A DNA stretch of 64,000 nt from an uncultured Bacteriovoracaceae bacterium (lineage in GTDB: Bacteria > Bdellovibrionota > UBA2394). The notes below the pieces were generated by a model. It was not told the origin of the DNA and searched no databases. It saw only the letters and a list, made by a program, of their open reading frames with translations. The stretch lies in the NCBI GenBank assembly GCA_964626465.1, contig CAZVFP010000004.1, positions 159,491 to 223,490 on the forward strand. Reading direction: 5' to 3'. This document shows positions 1 through 8,678 of this stretch, in pieces. The translations under genes were made by a program, and so were the position numbers. Position 1 is the first letter of the stretch. Every line of letters starts with the position of its first letter.

Positions 1-98
1 TGCGCAGCGTGAAGTTATTGAAATCATTCGGGCAGAGAATTTGGGTGGCACGGCCCAGACGGAAGGTCTCGAACTTTTTGAAGATCAAAGAATTCGTT

Positions 99-626
99 CT
101 ATTCCTGAGATAGATTTGCGTATCCTAATTGGGTTTTGAAATCATGGAAGGTCCATGAATATTCCCTTTTCAATCCTAAGACAGAATCCAGACTTCCCGA
201 TGAGCCATTAATGCAGAAATAAGATGTATCGAGTAAGATTTTATTCATTCTGTCAGTGAGTTCGCTGCATATCTCTCCAGAAATGGCATGACTTAGTCCG
301 TACAAATGAACTTCTGAATCAGTTTCAATACTAATTTCGAGGGAGCTGCCTGGTTTTTCAATTGGCTCCAGATAACTGCAGTCTATTCTCAAATGTTTTT
401 TATGAAAACATTGCCAATAGGGATAGGCATCATTGATGCCGTCAAATGGGGTGGGTGGGGGGCGACCATGTCCAGCTTTTATTAAATCATCTTTTGATAG
501 AATGCCATGGTCGTCATTGATCAGACCGTCGTGTCTGTGTTTATAAACAAACAACTCAATGGAACCGATATTCAAATAGATAAGAAACCCGACAGCAAGA
601 AATGCAAGAATGAAAAGCAATTTCAT
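99..626 (-). CDS. hypothetical membrane-anchored protein (single N-terminal TM helix, remainder predicted outside the cytoplasm)
   Basis: 175-aa ORF with a hydrophobic N-terminus (MKLLFILAFLAVGFLIYL) and no recognisable catalytic motif; 4-nt overlap (ATGA) with the upstream lysozyme-like gene suggests translational coupling. Confidence 0.45.
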   Translation of the reverse strand: MKLLFILAFLAVGFLIYLNIGSIELFVYKHRHDGLINDDHGILSKDDLIKAGHGRPPPTPFDGINDAYPYWQCFHKKHLRIDCSYLEPIEKPGSSLEISIETDSEVHLYGLSHAISGEICSELTDRMNKILLDTSYFCINGSSGSLDSVLGLKREYSWTFHDFKTQLGYANLSQE

Positions 627-1360
627 TTCTTCAACTTCTTATAGTGACCTAAAAATTTATCCCATTGTTTGAGTGCGCTTTTCTCTCCTTTCTTCAGTTT
701 TTCAGTGTAGGACTTGTATTCTATAACGGCTTCTTCCCATGAGGCTGTCCTTTTGAGTTTTTTCTTGTGAAAAAGCCAGCGGATACCGGCACAAATATTC
801 AGATTGGGATCAGAGGCCTTATTTTCATCCAGGTTGATTAAAAAGTCGCGCAATTCACCTTTTTCGTCCTTGAGAATTTCAATTGTCTGATCAGTAATTT
901 GCGTAAGGCCGCGCGCCCAATTCCCTTTCGAGGCCAACACCTTCGCATTCTTCTTGAAATCCGACTCCGTACTGATCAACGCTTTAATCAGATTTGGATC
1001 TAGCGGGTCAGTTGATTCGAATACCTCATTCCAATACTGTGTCCAACCAGCAATGATTTGATCGTATTTATTTCCGTCGTCGCGCTTAAGGGGATCTGGT
1101 GATGGCAAGTTCTGTAGAGGCGTAAAATAATTGTTTGCGATTTCGTGAATTTCATCAGGATACAGCTGATCCTTTTTAGATGGGTTTGTACGGCAATGGC
1201 CATGCCGCGTCGTTAGGCCATCTGGATTCTTCTGAGTGATTTTGGTTTTGAGAGGATGTGTCGACACCCAGTATTGACCCAGAGGACACATTCGCCATGG
1301 ATGTAGTTTTTTATCTGCTGTCTTAACCAGAGTGCTCTTCGAAGTATTTCGATTCTTCAT
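623..1360 (-). CDS. lytic transglycosylase / lysozyme-like (SLT-type) domain protein without a signal peptide
   Basis: C-terminal half carries SLT-family motifs in the canonical order: ...LISTESDF... (catalytic E-S), ...RGLTQIT... (GLMQ-like), ...NICAGIRWL... (N-x-x-AG-x-x-L); no N-terminal hydrophobic segment; N-terminal ~100 aa of unknown function (HPWRMCPLGQYW...). Confidence 0.55.
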   Translation of the reverse strand: MKNRNTSKSTLVKTADKKLHPWRMCPLGQYWVSTHPLKTKITQKNPDGLTTRHGHCRTNPSKKDQLYPDEIHEIANNYFTPLQNLPSPDPLKRDDGNKYDQIIAGWTQYWNEVFESTDPLDPNLIKALISTESDFKKNAKVLASKGNWARGLTQITDQTIEILKDEKGELRDFLINLDENKASDPNLNICAGIRWLFHKKKLKRTASWEEAVIEYKSYTEKLKKGEKSALKQWDKFLGHYKKLKK

Positions 1361-1362
1361 AT

Positions 1363-1698
1363 CTATCCGATAATTTCTAACAAGCCCTCAATCGTTTTAT
1401 TCAATTCATCAGCAGAAATATTTCCTGCTTTCTTTCCTAAACGCTCGACTGAAAGAGTCCGAATCTGACTAATTTTTATCCAAGAACGTTTTGGGAGCTT
1501 CGCGCTGTCAACTTCCAGAGTTAACGGAAAACCCGCTCTTTGCTCCTGGCTTGTAAGTGCCATAGCGATAACTGTTTTGGATTTTTCATTAAAAACCTCA
1601 TGGCTTAATACAAGCACTGGTCGGTGTCCGGCTTGTTCATGACCTTGAGAAGGATTCAAATCCGTCCAGTAAATGTCTCCTCTTAATATTCTGGCCAT
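1363..1698 (-). CDS. mazF: type II toxin, MazF/PemK family endoribonuclease
   Basis: 111 aa; RGDIYWTDLNPSQGHEQAGHRPVLVLS closely parallels the E. coli MazF N-terminus (GDLIWVDFDPTKGSEQAGHRPAVVLS); overlaps the upstream antitoxin gene by 16 nt. Confidence 0.85.
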   Translation of the reverse strand: MARILRGDIYWTDLNPSQGHEQAGHRPVLVLSHEVFNEKSKTVIAMALTSQEQRAGFPLTLEVDSAKLPKRSWIKISQIRTLSVERLGKKAGNISADELNKTIEGLLEIIG

Positions 1699-1925
1699 TC
1701 TTTACTCTCGATAGACAGCCCTTCATCGGCAAGAGCTGTCTCAAACCTGGGATCCAGTTTTGAACATTCCTCAGCCAATCTGCGATGACTTAATCGGCTG
1801 ATCTTTTCTTCAACTGCCGCTTGTACGGCCTGGCTTCGGTTTGGAAAAACCGCACTTTTTACAAGACGATCTAATTCTCGAAGAATCTTTGAATCTATAG
1901 AAATTGCAATTTTAGATGTCCTCAT
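1683..1925 (-). CDS. type II antitoxin, ribbon-helix-helix (CopG/MazE-like) partner of MazF
   Basis: 80 aa; N-terminal RHH-like segment KIAISIDSKILRELDRLVKSAVFPNRSQAVQAAVEE; acidic C-terminus; lies immediately upstream of and overlapping the mazF-like gene. Confidence 0.7.
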   Translation of the reverse strand: MRTSKIAISIDSKILRELDRLVKSAVFPNRSQAVQAAVEEKISRLSHRRLAEECSKLDPRFETALADEGLSIESKEWPEY

Positions 1926-2048
1926 AAAAAATACCTCTGGTATTACTTATGATCATACCGAACGATATACCTCCAGGCAAGCCCCAGTTCGAAACTATGG
2001 TTGGGAGATCCAAAGAGGGTCTCTGATTTTATTGGCAAATTCAGAACT

Positions 2049-2122
2049 CGTACCCACCAGGAATCGAACCTGGAACCCTCAGATTAGAAATCTGATGCTC
2101 TATCCAGTTGAGCTATGGGTAC
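2049..2122 (-). tRNA. tRNA-Arg (anticodon TCT)
   Basis: Reverse complement folds into a canonical cloverleaf: acceptor GTACCCA/TGGGTAC, D-stem GCTC/GAGC with G18G19, anticodon stem TCAGA/TCTGA, loop TTTCTAA (U33, anticodon UCU, A37), 5-nt variable loop, T-arm CCAGG-TTCGATT-CCTGG, discriminator G; CCA not encoded. Confidence 0.85.
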
Positions 2123-2192
2123 ATCATTTTTCAATAGGTGGTCCGGCTAAAAGCTACTCGGAGTTCTTTCAGCTTTCAAGTGCTCTGGGCGA

Positions 2193-3140
2193 TTACTTTG
2201 CGCGAAGAGCGTTGAGTTGGCTTGTGCGGCCAGATTTTTGAGCGGCGTCGATGATGTCCTTATAGTCACTGTAGTGTTCGTTAAGCCTTCGTTCCATTTC
2301 AAGAAACTTTGTGACGACAATTCTTTTTCTGATCTCGTCCCGTGGGTTGGGCCGAATATCCACATAGCACATCAACTTGTTGAGGCGGCCCAGAATATTG
2401 ACGACGTCCGAAATCGACGTGGCCCATGTTTTCAGCTCTTTGGCTTCGATCTTAGAGCTTTGAAAAGTAGCAGAGGCGGTCAGTATCTGCTGAAGCGCCT
2501 TCCATTTTGTGCTGATCATCATCATTTGGTTAGGCTCTTTCGGTAGGCTATTTCCCATCAAGGCCCACGCGAAATCATACTTAAATCGCAGGCCAATTTC
2601 CTCAATCGGAACCTGGGCAAATGCGCGGTAAAAATTCTCCATCGTTGTCATGCCGCAGAGATGCGCAGTGATATATCTAGAGAATTCACGAATGGCGAAG
2701 GCGATATCCAATTTTGTTAAATTATTCCAATAGCCGAATTTTGACTTGAGGATCTTAAACTCAATCTGAGCTCCCTTTTTCTCAGCAATATGTGCGACTC
2801 CATAATATGACAATGTCTGAAAAAGAACCTCAAGGGCGAGCCTCTCCGCAGAGCCATTTCGTGTCGACACCCCATAGGTCAGATATCCGTAGTTATTCAC
2901 AGGATCATAGGGCTGATCGATCGGGTCGAGCGGAAAATCAGTATCAATCGGGTTCCCCGTTCGAGGATCAATATTTGGATTCGTGACATCGTCGATAGCC
3001 TTTGACGTTGTTGTCGAAGGGGCAATCGCCGACGAGATTTTCTCTCGAATTGAATCAAGAGCTGATTGGGCAAAGAGGGTGGGTCCCAGCTCGCAAAACG
3101 CCCATAGTCCGATAGTAAAATACTTCAACAATTTGTTCAT
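2193..3140 (-). CDS. hypothetical secreted protein (signal peptide)
   Basis: 315-aa ORF with a signal peptide (MNKLLKYFTIGLWAFCELGPTLFAQSA); Pro/Asp-rich linker then a domain with no motifs I recognise. Confidence 0.5.
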   Translation of the reverse strand: MNKLLKYFTIGLWAFCELGPTLFAQSALDSIREKISSAIAPSTTTSKAIDDVTNPNIDPRTGNPIDTDFPLDPIDQPYDPVNNYGYLTYGVSTRNGSAERLALEVLFQTLSYYGVAHIAEKKGAQIEFKILKSKFGYWNNLTKLDIAFAIREFSRYITAHLCGMTTMENFYRAFAQVPIEEIGLRFKYDFAWALMGNSLPKEPNQMMMISTKWKALQQILTASATFQSSKIEAKELKTWATSISDVVNILGRLNKLMCYVDIRPNPRDEIRKRIVVTKFLEMERRLNEHYSDYKDIIDAAQKSGRTSQLNALRAK

Positions 3141-3422
3141 TCGTCCCCCTCAGCCATTCAAAAGCGCTGTAAGATGCCCTACAAGCCTAACGCTACGCGG
3201 CAAAATAAGTGAGGATCAATGGTTTTTGAAAAACGCTCGATTTGCCCGGCCCAAAAAACACGAGTGGTTTTTATGGCTTAGAATCAATCTCATCTAATCT
3301 ATTTACTTTATTTATTAGTTGTGCTACTGATTGGCATCCTGATTTTTACGCCGGGTTTCAGGGTAGTGTCTCGGCTAGTCGGGAAAAACAACGAAGTCCA
3401 CAAGAGTAAGGGGTAATAATTA

Positions 3423-4001
3423 ATGAGAGCAACTCGTTTTGCCACACGTCCGTCTCCGTTCGCGAAATCGATCACTCATGTAAAGCCGAAGCCAGGAAGT
3501 CAGCCTATTGAATTTAAGGTTGGCCAGAAAGTGGTCTATCCAGGCCATGGTGTGGGTCAGATTGTTACAATCGAATCCAAAGAAATCGCGGGCAAATTGA
3601 TTTCTTTTTATATGGTTCGAATCTTGGAGAGCGATGTCACGGTGATGGTTCCCTTAGATAAGATTGATAACGTTGGTTTAAGACCCACGGCTACGCCGGA
3701 AGAGGTTCAAAAAGTTTATACAATGCTCAAGAAAAAAGAGATCGTTGTGGAACAAACAACGTGGAACCGACGATTTCGCGAATACATGGAAAAAATCAAG
3801 ACGGGTTCCATTTTTGAAATTTGCGAAGTAGTTCGCGATCTTTGTGTGATTCGACAAGATAAAGTTCTTTCGTTTGGTGAAAAGAAAATGCTCGAATTGG
3901 CAAAAGGACTAATGGTTAAGGAACTGTCGATCGCCGAGGGAAGTGATGAGCCTTCAGTAGAAGCGCAGGTCGAAGAAATTTTTGCGAAACCATCTCGATA
4001 A
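3423..4001 (+). CDS. carD: CarD/CdnL family RNA polymerase-binding transcription factor
   Basis: FKVGQKVVYPGHGVGQIVTIE... matches the CarD_TRCF RNAP-interaction domain signature; strong SD (AAGGGG) 11 nt upstream of the ATG. Confidence 0.8.
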   Translation: MRATRFATRPSPFAKSITHVKPKPGSQPIEFKVGQKVVYPGHGVGQIVTIESKEIAGKLISFYMVRILESDVTVMVPLDKIDNVGLRPTATPEEVQKVYTMLKKKEIVVEQTTWNRRFREYMEKIKTGSIFEICEVVRDLCVIRQDKVLSFGEKKMLELAKGLMVKELSIAEGSDEPSVEAQVEEIFAKPSR

Positions 4002-4003
4002 GT

Positions 4004-4696
4004 ATGGCTCATATTCTTTCGGCTGTGATTGTAGCCGCGGGGAAGGGGCTTCGATTCAAAAAAAGTTTAGGGGGCTCAGCTAAAGCAGATTCAAAATCGA
4101 AGGCTTTAGTATCTATAGAGGGAGTTCCCCTTTTTGTTCAAACGCTTAAGTCTCTTTCTATTCTTCCCGTGAGTCAGTGGGTTGTCGTTGTTCAGGAGAG
4201 CGAGCGCCAATTCTTTGAAGAGGCCGCCGCGCAGTATCTTGAATTTCCAGTTCAGTTTGTGCACGGAGGAGCTCGTCGGCAGGATTCTGTGAGACGAGGA
4301 GTAAACACACTCAATTCGTGCGACCATGTTTTTGTTCATGATGCCGCGCGTCCACATCTTGACCCATTGTTTTTGAATCGATTGTTGGAAGTGGCAAAAG
4401 CGGAGGATGCTGTGATTCCAGTTTTGCCCATGGTTGAAACAATTAAAGAAATTTCTTCAGACGGCACCGTTCTGAAGACGCACGATCGAAGCCGTTTTGT
4501 TAGGGTTCAAACTCCGCAGTTCTTCAGATATGAATTGATTTGCAAGGCCCACGAAGTGTTTCGTGACAGCGATCGCGAATTTACAGATGATGCCGCAATG
4601 GTTGAAGCGATTGGCATTTCGGTCAAAACTTGTGAAGGCAGTTTGTTCAATATCAAAGTGACGACCGTTGAGGATTTGCAGCGTCATGTCTCTTAA
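4004..4696 (+). CDS. ispD: 2-C-methyl-D-erythritol 4-phosphate cytidylyltransferase
   Basis: N-terminal AVIVAAGKGLRF nucleotide-binding motif typical of IspD; directly followed by and overlapping ispF. Confidence 0.85.
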   Translation: MAHILSAVIVAAGKGLRFKKSLGGSAKADSKSKALVSIEGVPLFVQTLKSLSILPVSQWVVVVQESERQFFEEAAAQYLEFPVQFVHGGARRQDSVRRGVNTLNSCDHVFVHDAARPHLDPLFLNRLLEVAKAEDAVIPVLPMVETIKEISSDGTVLKTHDRSRFVRVQTPQFFRYELICKAHEVFRDSDREFTDDAAMVEAIGISVKTCEGSLFNIKVTTVEDLQRHVS

Positions 4697-5174
4697 TTTG
4701 CGCATAGGGCTCGGCTGGGATGTTCATCCGTTTAAGGAGGGACGAGATCTCTTTTTGGGGGGCATCAAGGTTCCTTCGGATCGCGGTCTCGACGGCCACT
4801 CGGATGCCGATGCCTTATCGCATGCAGTTGTCGATGCCATTTTGGGTGCGCTAGGTGAGGGGGATATCGGTTGTCATTTTCCGCCATCAGATCCCCAGTG
4901 GAAGGATGTTTCGAGTCTCGTTTTCTTAAAGGCGGTAGCTCGCTTGGTTCGTCAGAAAAAAGCGCGAGTTTTGTCGATTGATACCGTTCTTTTGCTTGAG
5001 GCCCCTAAAGTAAAGCCGTTCTATCGCGCCATGGCTGAATCTATGGCGACAGCTCTTGATTTGGAACCTCACCGCATTCAGGTCAAAGCAACAACAACCG
5101 AAAAGCTAGGCTTTGTGGGTCGTGGTGAAGGCATTGCAGCTGAAGCGGTATGCCTGCTCGAGTACCTTAACTGA
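4686..5174 (+). CDS. ispF: 2-C-methyl-D-erythritol 2,4-cyclodiphosphate synthase
   Basis: GLGWDVHPF...GHSDADALSHAV...IGCHFPPSDPQWK are conserved IspF motifs; start placed at the internal ATG 4686 (MSLNL...), the ORF track start 4668 is also possible. Confidence 0.85.
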   Translation: MSLNLRIGLGWDVHPFKEGRDLFLGGIKVPSDRGLDGHSDADALSHAVVDAILGALGEGDIGCHFPPSDPQWKDVSSLVFLKAVARLVRQKKARVLSIDTVLLLEAPKVKPFYRAMAESMATALDLEPHRIQVKATTTEKLGFVGRGEGIAAEAVCLLEYLN

Positions 5175-5255
5175 TCTTTGTTTTGTGGCGCTCTAAAGCT
5201 CAACATCAACATAATTTGCCTGACAGATAGCCAGGGGCCGCGCTAAAAAGAGAGC

Positions 5256-6695
5256 GTGAAAACTGTTAGAACACGATTTGCTCCTTCTCCCTCTGGATTT
5301 CTTCATCTGGGAAATGCTCGAACCGCTCTGTTTGCCTACCTCTATGCAAAAAAAATGGGTGGTCAATTTGTGCTACGAATTGAAGATACGGATCAAGAAC
5401 GTTTGGTGACGGGTTCCGAGGTTTCAATTTTTGAAGATCTCAAGTGGCTTCGTCTTTTTTGGGATGAAGGGCCAGACGTTGGAGGGCCTCTCGGTCCCTA
5501 CAGATGTTCCGAACGCTATGACATGTACAAAACACAACTGAAGCGATTGCAAAAGCTCACTCGCGTTTATCGTTGTTTTTGTACAGCTGATCAGCTCGAG
5601 CAAGATCGCCAACTTCTATCAGCGCAGAAAAAAGTGATTAAATACGTCGGGCGATGCTTGTCGGTGTCCGATTCAGATTCTGACAAACGAGCTCAAAGTG
5701 AGCCGTTCGTTTGGAGAATGCATGTGGCGCCAGGTCCGGATGTCGTCGTGAACGATATCGTGCGTGGCGAAGTGACCATGAGTCGCGATGTTTTGGGTGA
5801 TTTCGTATTATGTCGTTCGACGGGAATTCCGGTGTTTTTGTATGCGAATGCCGTCGACGATGCGCTGCAAGAGATGACGCATGTGATTCGTGGTGAAGAC
5901 CATTTGTCGAATACGTTTCGACAGGTATTGATTTATCAAGCCTACGGTTATGATATTCCGTTGTTTGCGCACCTTCCAATGATTGGCGCTGAGGGAGGTG
6001 GCAAGTTAAGTAAGAGAGAGGGAAGCCTTTCAATCGGAGATCTTCGAAATCAAGGATATCTGCCGCAAGGAATTACAAACTATCTCGCGTTGCTGGGTTG
6101 GTCGCCTGGAGACACAGCAAAGACTGGCGAAAAGTTTTCTTTGGCTCAGTTAGAGTCGTTGTTTGATTTAAGTCGCGTTCACAAGGGTCGCGCCCTCTTT
6201 GATTTTCAGAAACTGAATTTTTTGAATCAAAGTCATATTCAAGATTTATCTGCGGAAGAATTGGTTCAGTTGGTGCCTCTAAAAGAGACCAAGTGGAAAT
6301 CGATTTGGGCGGAGTCATTAAAACTCGTTCAGAAAGACTCAGAGACTTTGCAGGATTTCTACAAAATCGAGAATTATCTACGAGAACCAAATTTGGCTCA
6401 GTCTTTAGCGCAGGAGATTTTGAAGAGTGAGAAGACTGTGGGAATTCTTGCCGGCGGTTTGAAAGAGCTTGAGAGCCTCTTGGCAAAAGGTGAGCCAATC
6501 GAAACAGCGCTCAAGAATGCCATCAACGCAGTTGGAAAAACTTTGGGAGTGAAGGGCAAAGAACTTTATTTTCCGTTTCGTGTTGCTATGACTGGCGTAG
6601 AAGCGGGGCCCGAGTTAGTTCCACTGGCAAAAATCATTGGGGCTGATGAGACCTGTCGTAGAATTCGTTCTGCAATTGAGTACGGAAAGCCTTGA
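5256..6695 (+). CDS. gltX: glutamate--tRNA ligase
   Basis: RTRFAPSPSGFLHLGNARTALFAYL (HIGH-type) and class I Glu/Gln-RS architecture; KLSKR (KMSKS-type) present. Confidence 0.9.
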   Translation: MKTVRTRFAPSPSGFLHLGNARTALFAYLYAKKMGGQFVLRIEDTDQERLVTGSEVSIFEDLKWLRLFWDEGPDVGGPLGPYRCSERYDMYKTQLKRLQKLTRVYRCFCTADQLEQDRQLLSAQKKVIKYVGRCLSVSDSDSDKRAQSEPFVWRMHVAPGPDVVVNDIVRGEVTMSRDVLGDFVLCRSTGIPVFLYANAVDDALQEMTHVIRGEDHLSNTFRQVLIYQAYGYDIPLFAHLPMIGAEGGGKLSKREGSLSIGDLRNQGYLPQGITNYLALLGWSPGDTAKTGEKFSLAQLESLFDLSRVHKGRALFDFQKLNFLNQSHIQDLSAEELVQLVPLKETKWKSIWAESLKLVQKDSETLQDFYKIENYLREPNLAQSLAQEILKSEKTVGILAGGLKELESLLAKGEPIETALKNAINAVGKTLGVKGKELYFPFRVAMTGVEAGPELVPLAKIIGADETCRRIRSAIEYGKP

Positions 6696-8674
6696 AGCGA
6701 AGCCAGAAATTTAAATTGGTATCGCCCTATCAGCCGGCGGGAAGTCAGCCCGAGGCGATTCAGCAGTTGATTCAAAATTTGAAGAGCAATGTTCCGGAGC
6801 AAATTCTGCTGGGGATCACGGGATCTGGAAAAACTTTTACCATGGCGAATGTCATCGCTGAAATGAACCAGCCCGCGATGATTATTGCGCATAATAAAAC
6901 TTTGGCGGGTCAGCTTTATTTAGAATTTCGAGAACTCTTTCCAGAGAATGCTGTCGAGTATTTTGTGAGCTTCTACGATTATTATCAGCCAGAGGCCTAT
7001 GTTCCAGCAACAGATACATTTATCGAGAAAGATTCTGCAATTAACGAAACTATCGATAAAATGAGGCATTCGGCGACGAGGTCTTTGCTCGAAAGAAATG
7101 ATGTGATCATTGTCTCGTCGGTTTCGTGCATTTACGGTCTCGGATCGCCTGAAGCGTATTCGGCCATGTTGCTGTCGTTAACAAAAGATCAGAATATAGA
7201 TCGTGATAAGATCATCGAGCATCTCGTTTTGATTGGCTACAATCGCAATGATTACGATTTTCATCGGGGCAGTTTTCGAGTGCGCGGAGATATCATTGAT
7301 ATCTTTCCTTCGTATGAAGAGAAAAACGCGGTTCGAATAGAACTTTTTGGTTCGACCATTGATCAGATGAGCGAGATCGATTCGATATCTGGCAAATCAT
7401 TAAGAAAAATATCATCTGCATCGATCTATCCGACAAGTCACTATGTCACCTGGCCGGAAACGTTGAAGCGTTCCGTAGGATCAATAAAAAAAGAGTTAGC
7501 ACAGTGGCTTCCTGAGCTGCGCAATCAGGGAAAAATTATTGAAGCGAAACGAATTGAACAGAGAACGAAGTATGATCTCGAGATGCTAGAGCATGCGGGA
7601 TTCTGTTATGGAATTGAAAATTATTCTCGGCATCTCACAGGACGAAAGCCTGGTGAGGCGCCCTACACTCTGTTCGATTATTTTCCGAAAGATTATTTAT
7701 TATTTGTGGATGAGAGCCATGTGACATATTCGCAGATCGGTGGAATGTACCGCGGTGATCGATCTCGCAAAGAAACTCTGGTCAACCATGGCTTTCGACT
7801 TCCTTCCGCTTTAGATAATCGGCCGTTGAAGCAAGAAGAGTTTATTGGGCGAATGCAGAGAACAATTTATGTCTCGGCGACTCCGGGTGACGAAGAGTTG
7901 AGAAGATGCGGCGATAAACTCATCGAACAAGTCATCCGTCCGACTGGGCTGCTGGATCCAAAAATTGAAATTTATCCAGCTAGAAACCAGGTTGATAGAG
8001 TTGTCGAAGAGATTCATGAACAGGTGAAGCTTGGTGACAGAACTTTGGTTTCGACGCTCACAAAAAAGAGTGCGGAACATTTGTGTGAGTATTTACAGTC
8101 TTTAAATATCAAAGTGAGATATATGCACTCAGACACAGAGACGCTCGAACGCTCGCAATTATTGAAGGACTTAAGGGCTGGAGTCTTTGATGTGCTCATC
8201 GGAATCAATTTGCTGCGTGAGGGACTGGATCTTCCAGAAGTAAGCCTCGTTTGTATTTTGGATGCAGACAAAGAAGGTTTTTTGAGATCGAAGAGAGCTC
8301 TTTTGCAAAGTTGCGGAAGAGCTGCGAGAAATGAGCGTGGGCGTGTGTTTATGTTTGCAGACGAAATCACAGATTCGATGAAGGCCTGTATTGAAGAGAC
8401 AGAGCGGCGACGAAAGATTCAAGGTGACTATAACCAGAAACACTCGATCACGCCGATGACTGTGAACAGGCGCGACGTGAAGTCATTGTCGGATATAGCT
8501 GAGGAAAAGGGATTTATCGACGTGCCGTTTGTTCCTCTTGATCATTTGGATGCAGATCTTGTGCAGCTTGAAGCAGAGAAGAAAGAGGCCGTTAAGAATT
8601 TAGACTTCGAGCGTGCTGCGCAGCTTCGGGATCGGATTTTGTTGCTTAAACAGCGCGTGGTCATAGACACTTAA
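6692..8674 (+). CDS. uvrB: excinuclease ABC subunit B
   Basis: FKLVSPYQPAGSQPEAI...GITGSGKTFTMANVI (Walker A), helicase motifs, C-terminal UVR domain (FERAAQLRDRI). Confidence 0.95.
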   Translation: MKRSQKFKLVSPYQPAGSQPEAIQQLIQNLKSNVPEQILLGITGSGKTFTMANVIAEMNQPAMIIAHNKTLAGQLYLEFRELFPENAVEYFVSFYDYYQPEAYVPATDTFIEKDSAINETIDKMRHSATRSLLERNDVIIVSSVSCIYGLGSPEAYSAMLLSLTKDQNIDRDKIIEHLVLIGYNRNDYDFHRGSFRVRGDIIDIFPSYEEKNAVRIELFGSTIDQMSEIDSISGKSLRKISSASIYPTSHYVTWPETLKRSVGSIKKELAQWLPELRNQGKIIEAKRIEQRTKYDLEMLEHAGFCYGIENYSRHLTGRKPGEAPYTLFDYFPKDYLLFVDESHVTYSQIGGMYRGDRSRKETLVNHGFRLPSALDNRPLKQEEFIGRMQRTIYVSATPGDEELRRCGDKLIEQVIRPTGLLDPKIEIYPARNQVDRVVEEIHEQVKLGDRTLVSTLTKKSAEHLCEYLQSLNIKVRYMHSDTETLERSQLLKDLRAGVFDVLIGINLLREGLDLPEVSLVCILDADKEGFLRSKRALLQSCGRAARNERGRVFMFADEITDSMKACIEETERRRKIQGDYNQKHSITPMTVNRRDVKSLSDIAEEKGFIDVPFVPLDHLDADLVQLEAEKKEAVKNLDFERAAQLRDRILLLKQRVVIDT

Positions 8675-8678
8675 GATT

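Noticed and set aside
2049-2122. Possible amber-suppressor tRNA (anticodon CUA)
   Set aside because: My first reading of the anticodon loop was off by one. With the 5-bp anticodon stem TCAGA/TCTGA correctly placed, the 7-nt loop is TTTCTAA. That gives an ordinary anticodon UCU (tRNA-Arg).
2032-2241. 69-aa ORF on the + strand
   Set aside because: It lies directly across the tRNA-Arg gene on the opposite strand and has no RBS or recognisable motif. It is a spurious ORF.
5424-6498. Antisense ORFs inside gltX (5424..5612, 5638..6033, 6073..6498)
   Set aside because: They are entirely nested antisense to a well-supported housekeeping gene and have low-complexity, Arg/Ser/His-rich translations typical of non-coding frames.
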